Below, one piece after another: positions 59,943-64,000 of a stretch of 64,000 bases of DNA (positions are counted from its first letter, which is position 1; the number at the start of each line of letters is the position of its first letter). This stretch comes from the human T2T-CHM13v2.0 reference genome, Homo sapiens: assembly GCF_009914755.1 (NCBI RefSeq), contig NC_060925.1. One strand, written 5' to 3'. A model generated the notes under the pieces. That model made no database searches and had not been told where the DNA came from. It was given only the letters and a program-made list of their open reading frames with translations. The translations under genes and the position numbers were made by a program.

Positions 59943-60537
59943 TGTATTAGGGTTCTCTAGAGGAACAGAACTAATAGGGCATATATCTATATCTGTATCT
60001 ACCTCTATCTATATAGAGATCTATATCTATATCCATGTCTATCTATCTAGCCATCTAGACTGGCCATCACCAGTCTGCTTTCTGTCTCTCTAGATTTATT
60101 AATATCTATATAGATATGGATATCTATATAGGTAGATATATAAATAAAGGGGAATTTATTAAGTATTAACTTACACGATCACAGGGTCCCACAGTAGGCT
60201 GTCTGCAAGCTTGAGGGGCAAGGAGAGCCAGTCTCAGTCTCAAAATTGAAGAACTTGGAGTCTGATGTTCAAGGGCAGGAAGCATCCAGCATGGGAGAAA
60301 TATGTAGGCTGGGAGGCTATGCCAGTCTCTCCTTTCATATTTTTCTGCCTGCTTTTTATTCTAGCTGTGCTGGCAGTGAATTAGATTGTGCTCACCCAGA
60401 TTAAGGGTGGATCTGCCTTTCCCAGCCCACTGACTCAAATGTTAATTTCTTTTGGCAACACCCTCACAGACACACCCAGGATCAATACTTTGTATCCTTC
60501 AATCCAATCAAATTGACACTCAGTAATAACCAACACA
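59943..60537 (-). mobile_element. MLT2A-type (HERV-L) solo LTR
   Basis: TG...CA termini; minus strand begins TGTGTTGGTTATTACTGAGTGTCAATTTGATTGGATTGAAGG like the MLT2A 5' end; 5-bp TSD gtcac/atcac; internal (TATC)-rich tract; LTR AATAAA at 60155-60160. Confidence 0.85.
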
Positions 60538-60699
60538 ATCACTAAGCCATCTTTACCAGTTGGCTCTATTTTAATACAGAGTCTAGAGGCCCTCATAGCA
60601 CTCTTCTCAGGTATATATATGACAAATATTTTTGTCAAATATATACTTCTCAGGTATATATATATGACAAATATTTCTCAACCATTAGAGGCCATATCA

Positions 60700-64000
<3,301 letters not shown>

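Overview
Human (primate) genomic DNA from the proximal 1q21.1 (TAR-syndrome) interval, roughly GRCh38 chr1:145.96-146.03 Mb (position recalled, not computed). Three complete spliced genes were reconstructed by hand from GT/AG boundaries: POLR3GL (+, 8 exons, 218 aa), TXNIP (-, 8 exons, 391 aa) and HJV/HFE2 (-, 4 exons, 426 aa). A bidirectional CpG-island promoter probably also drives ANKRD34A leftward, whose CDS lies outside the window. Introns and intergenic DNA are very Alu-dense, with L1, L2, MIR, MER and MLT2 fragments, and almost all small ORFs in the supplied track are Alu artefacts. Best new leads, all untested: (1) a second TXNIP-promoter-like module (ChoRE-like element plus two CCAAT boxes) at 16.3-16.5 kb; (2) an MLT2A solo LTR co-oriented upstream of HJV, with a DUX4-like site and a GTAAGT donor that could bypass the HJV uORFs; (3) a stop-free 297-nt POLR3GL exon 2-3 circle flanked by inverted Alus; (4) a CTCF plus AP-1/ARE island between TXNIP and HJV; (5) several local DNA-level duplications and Alu gene-conversion scars.
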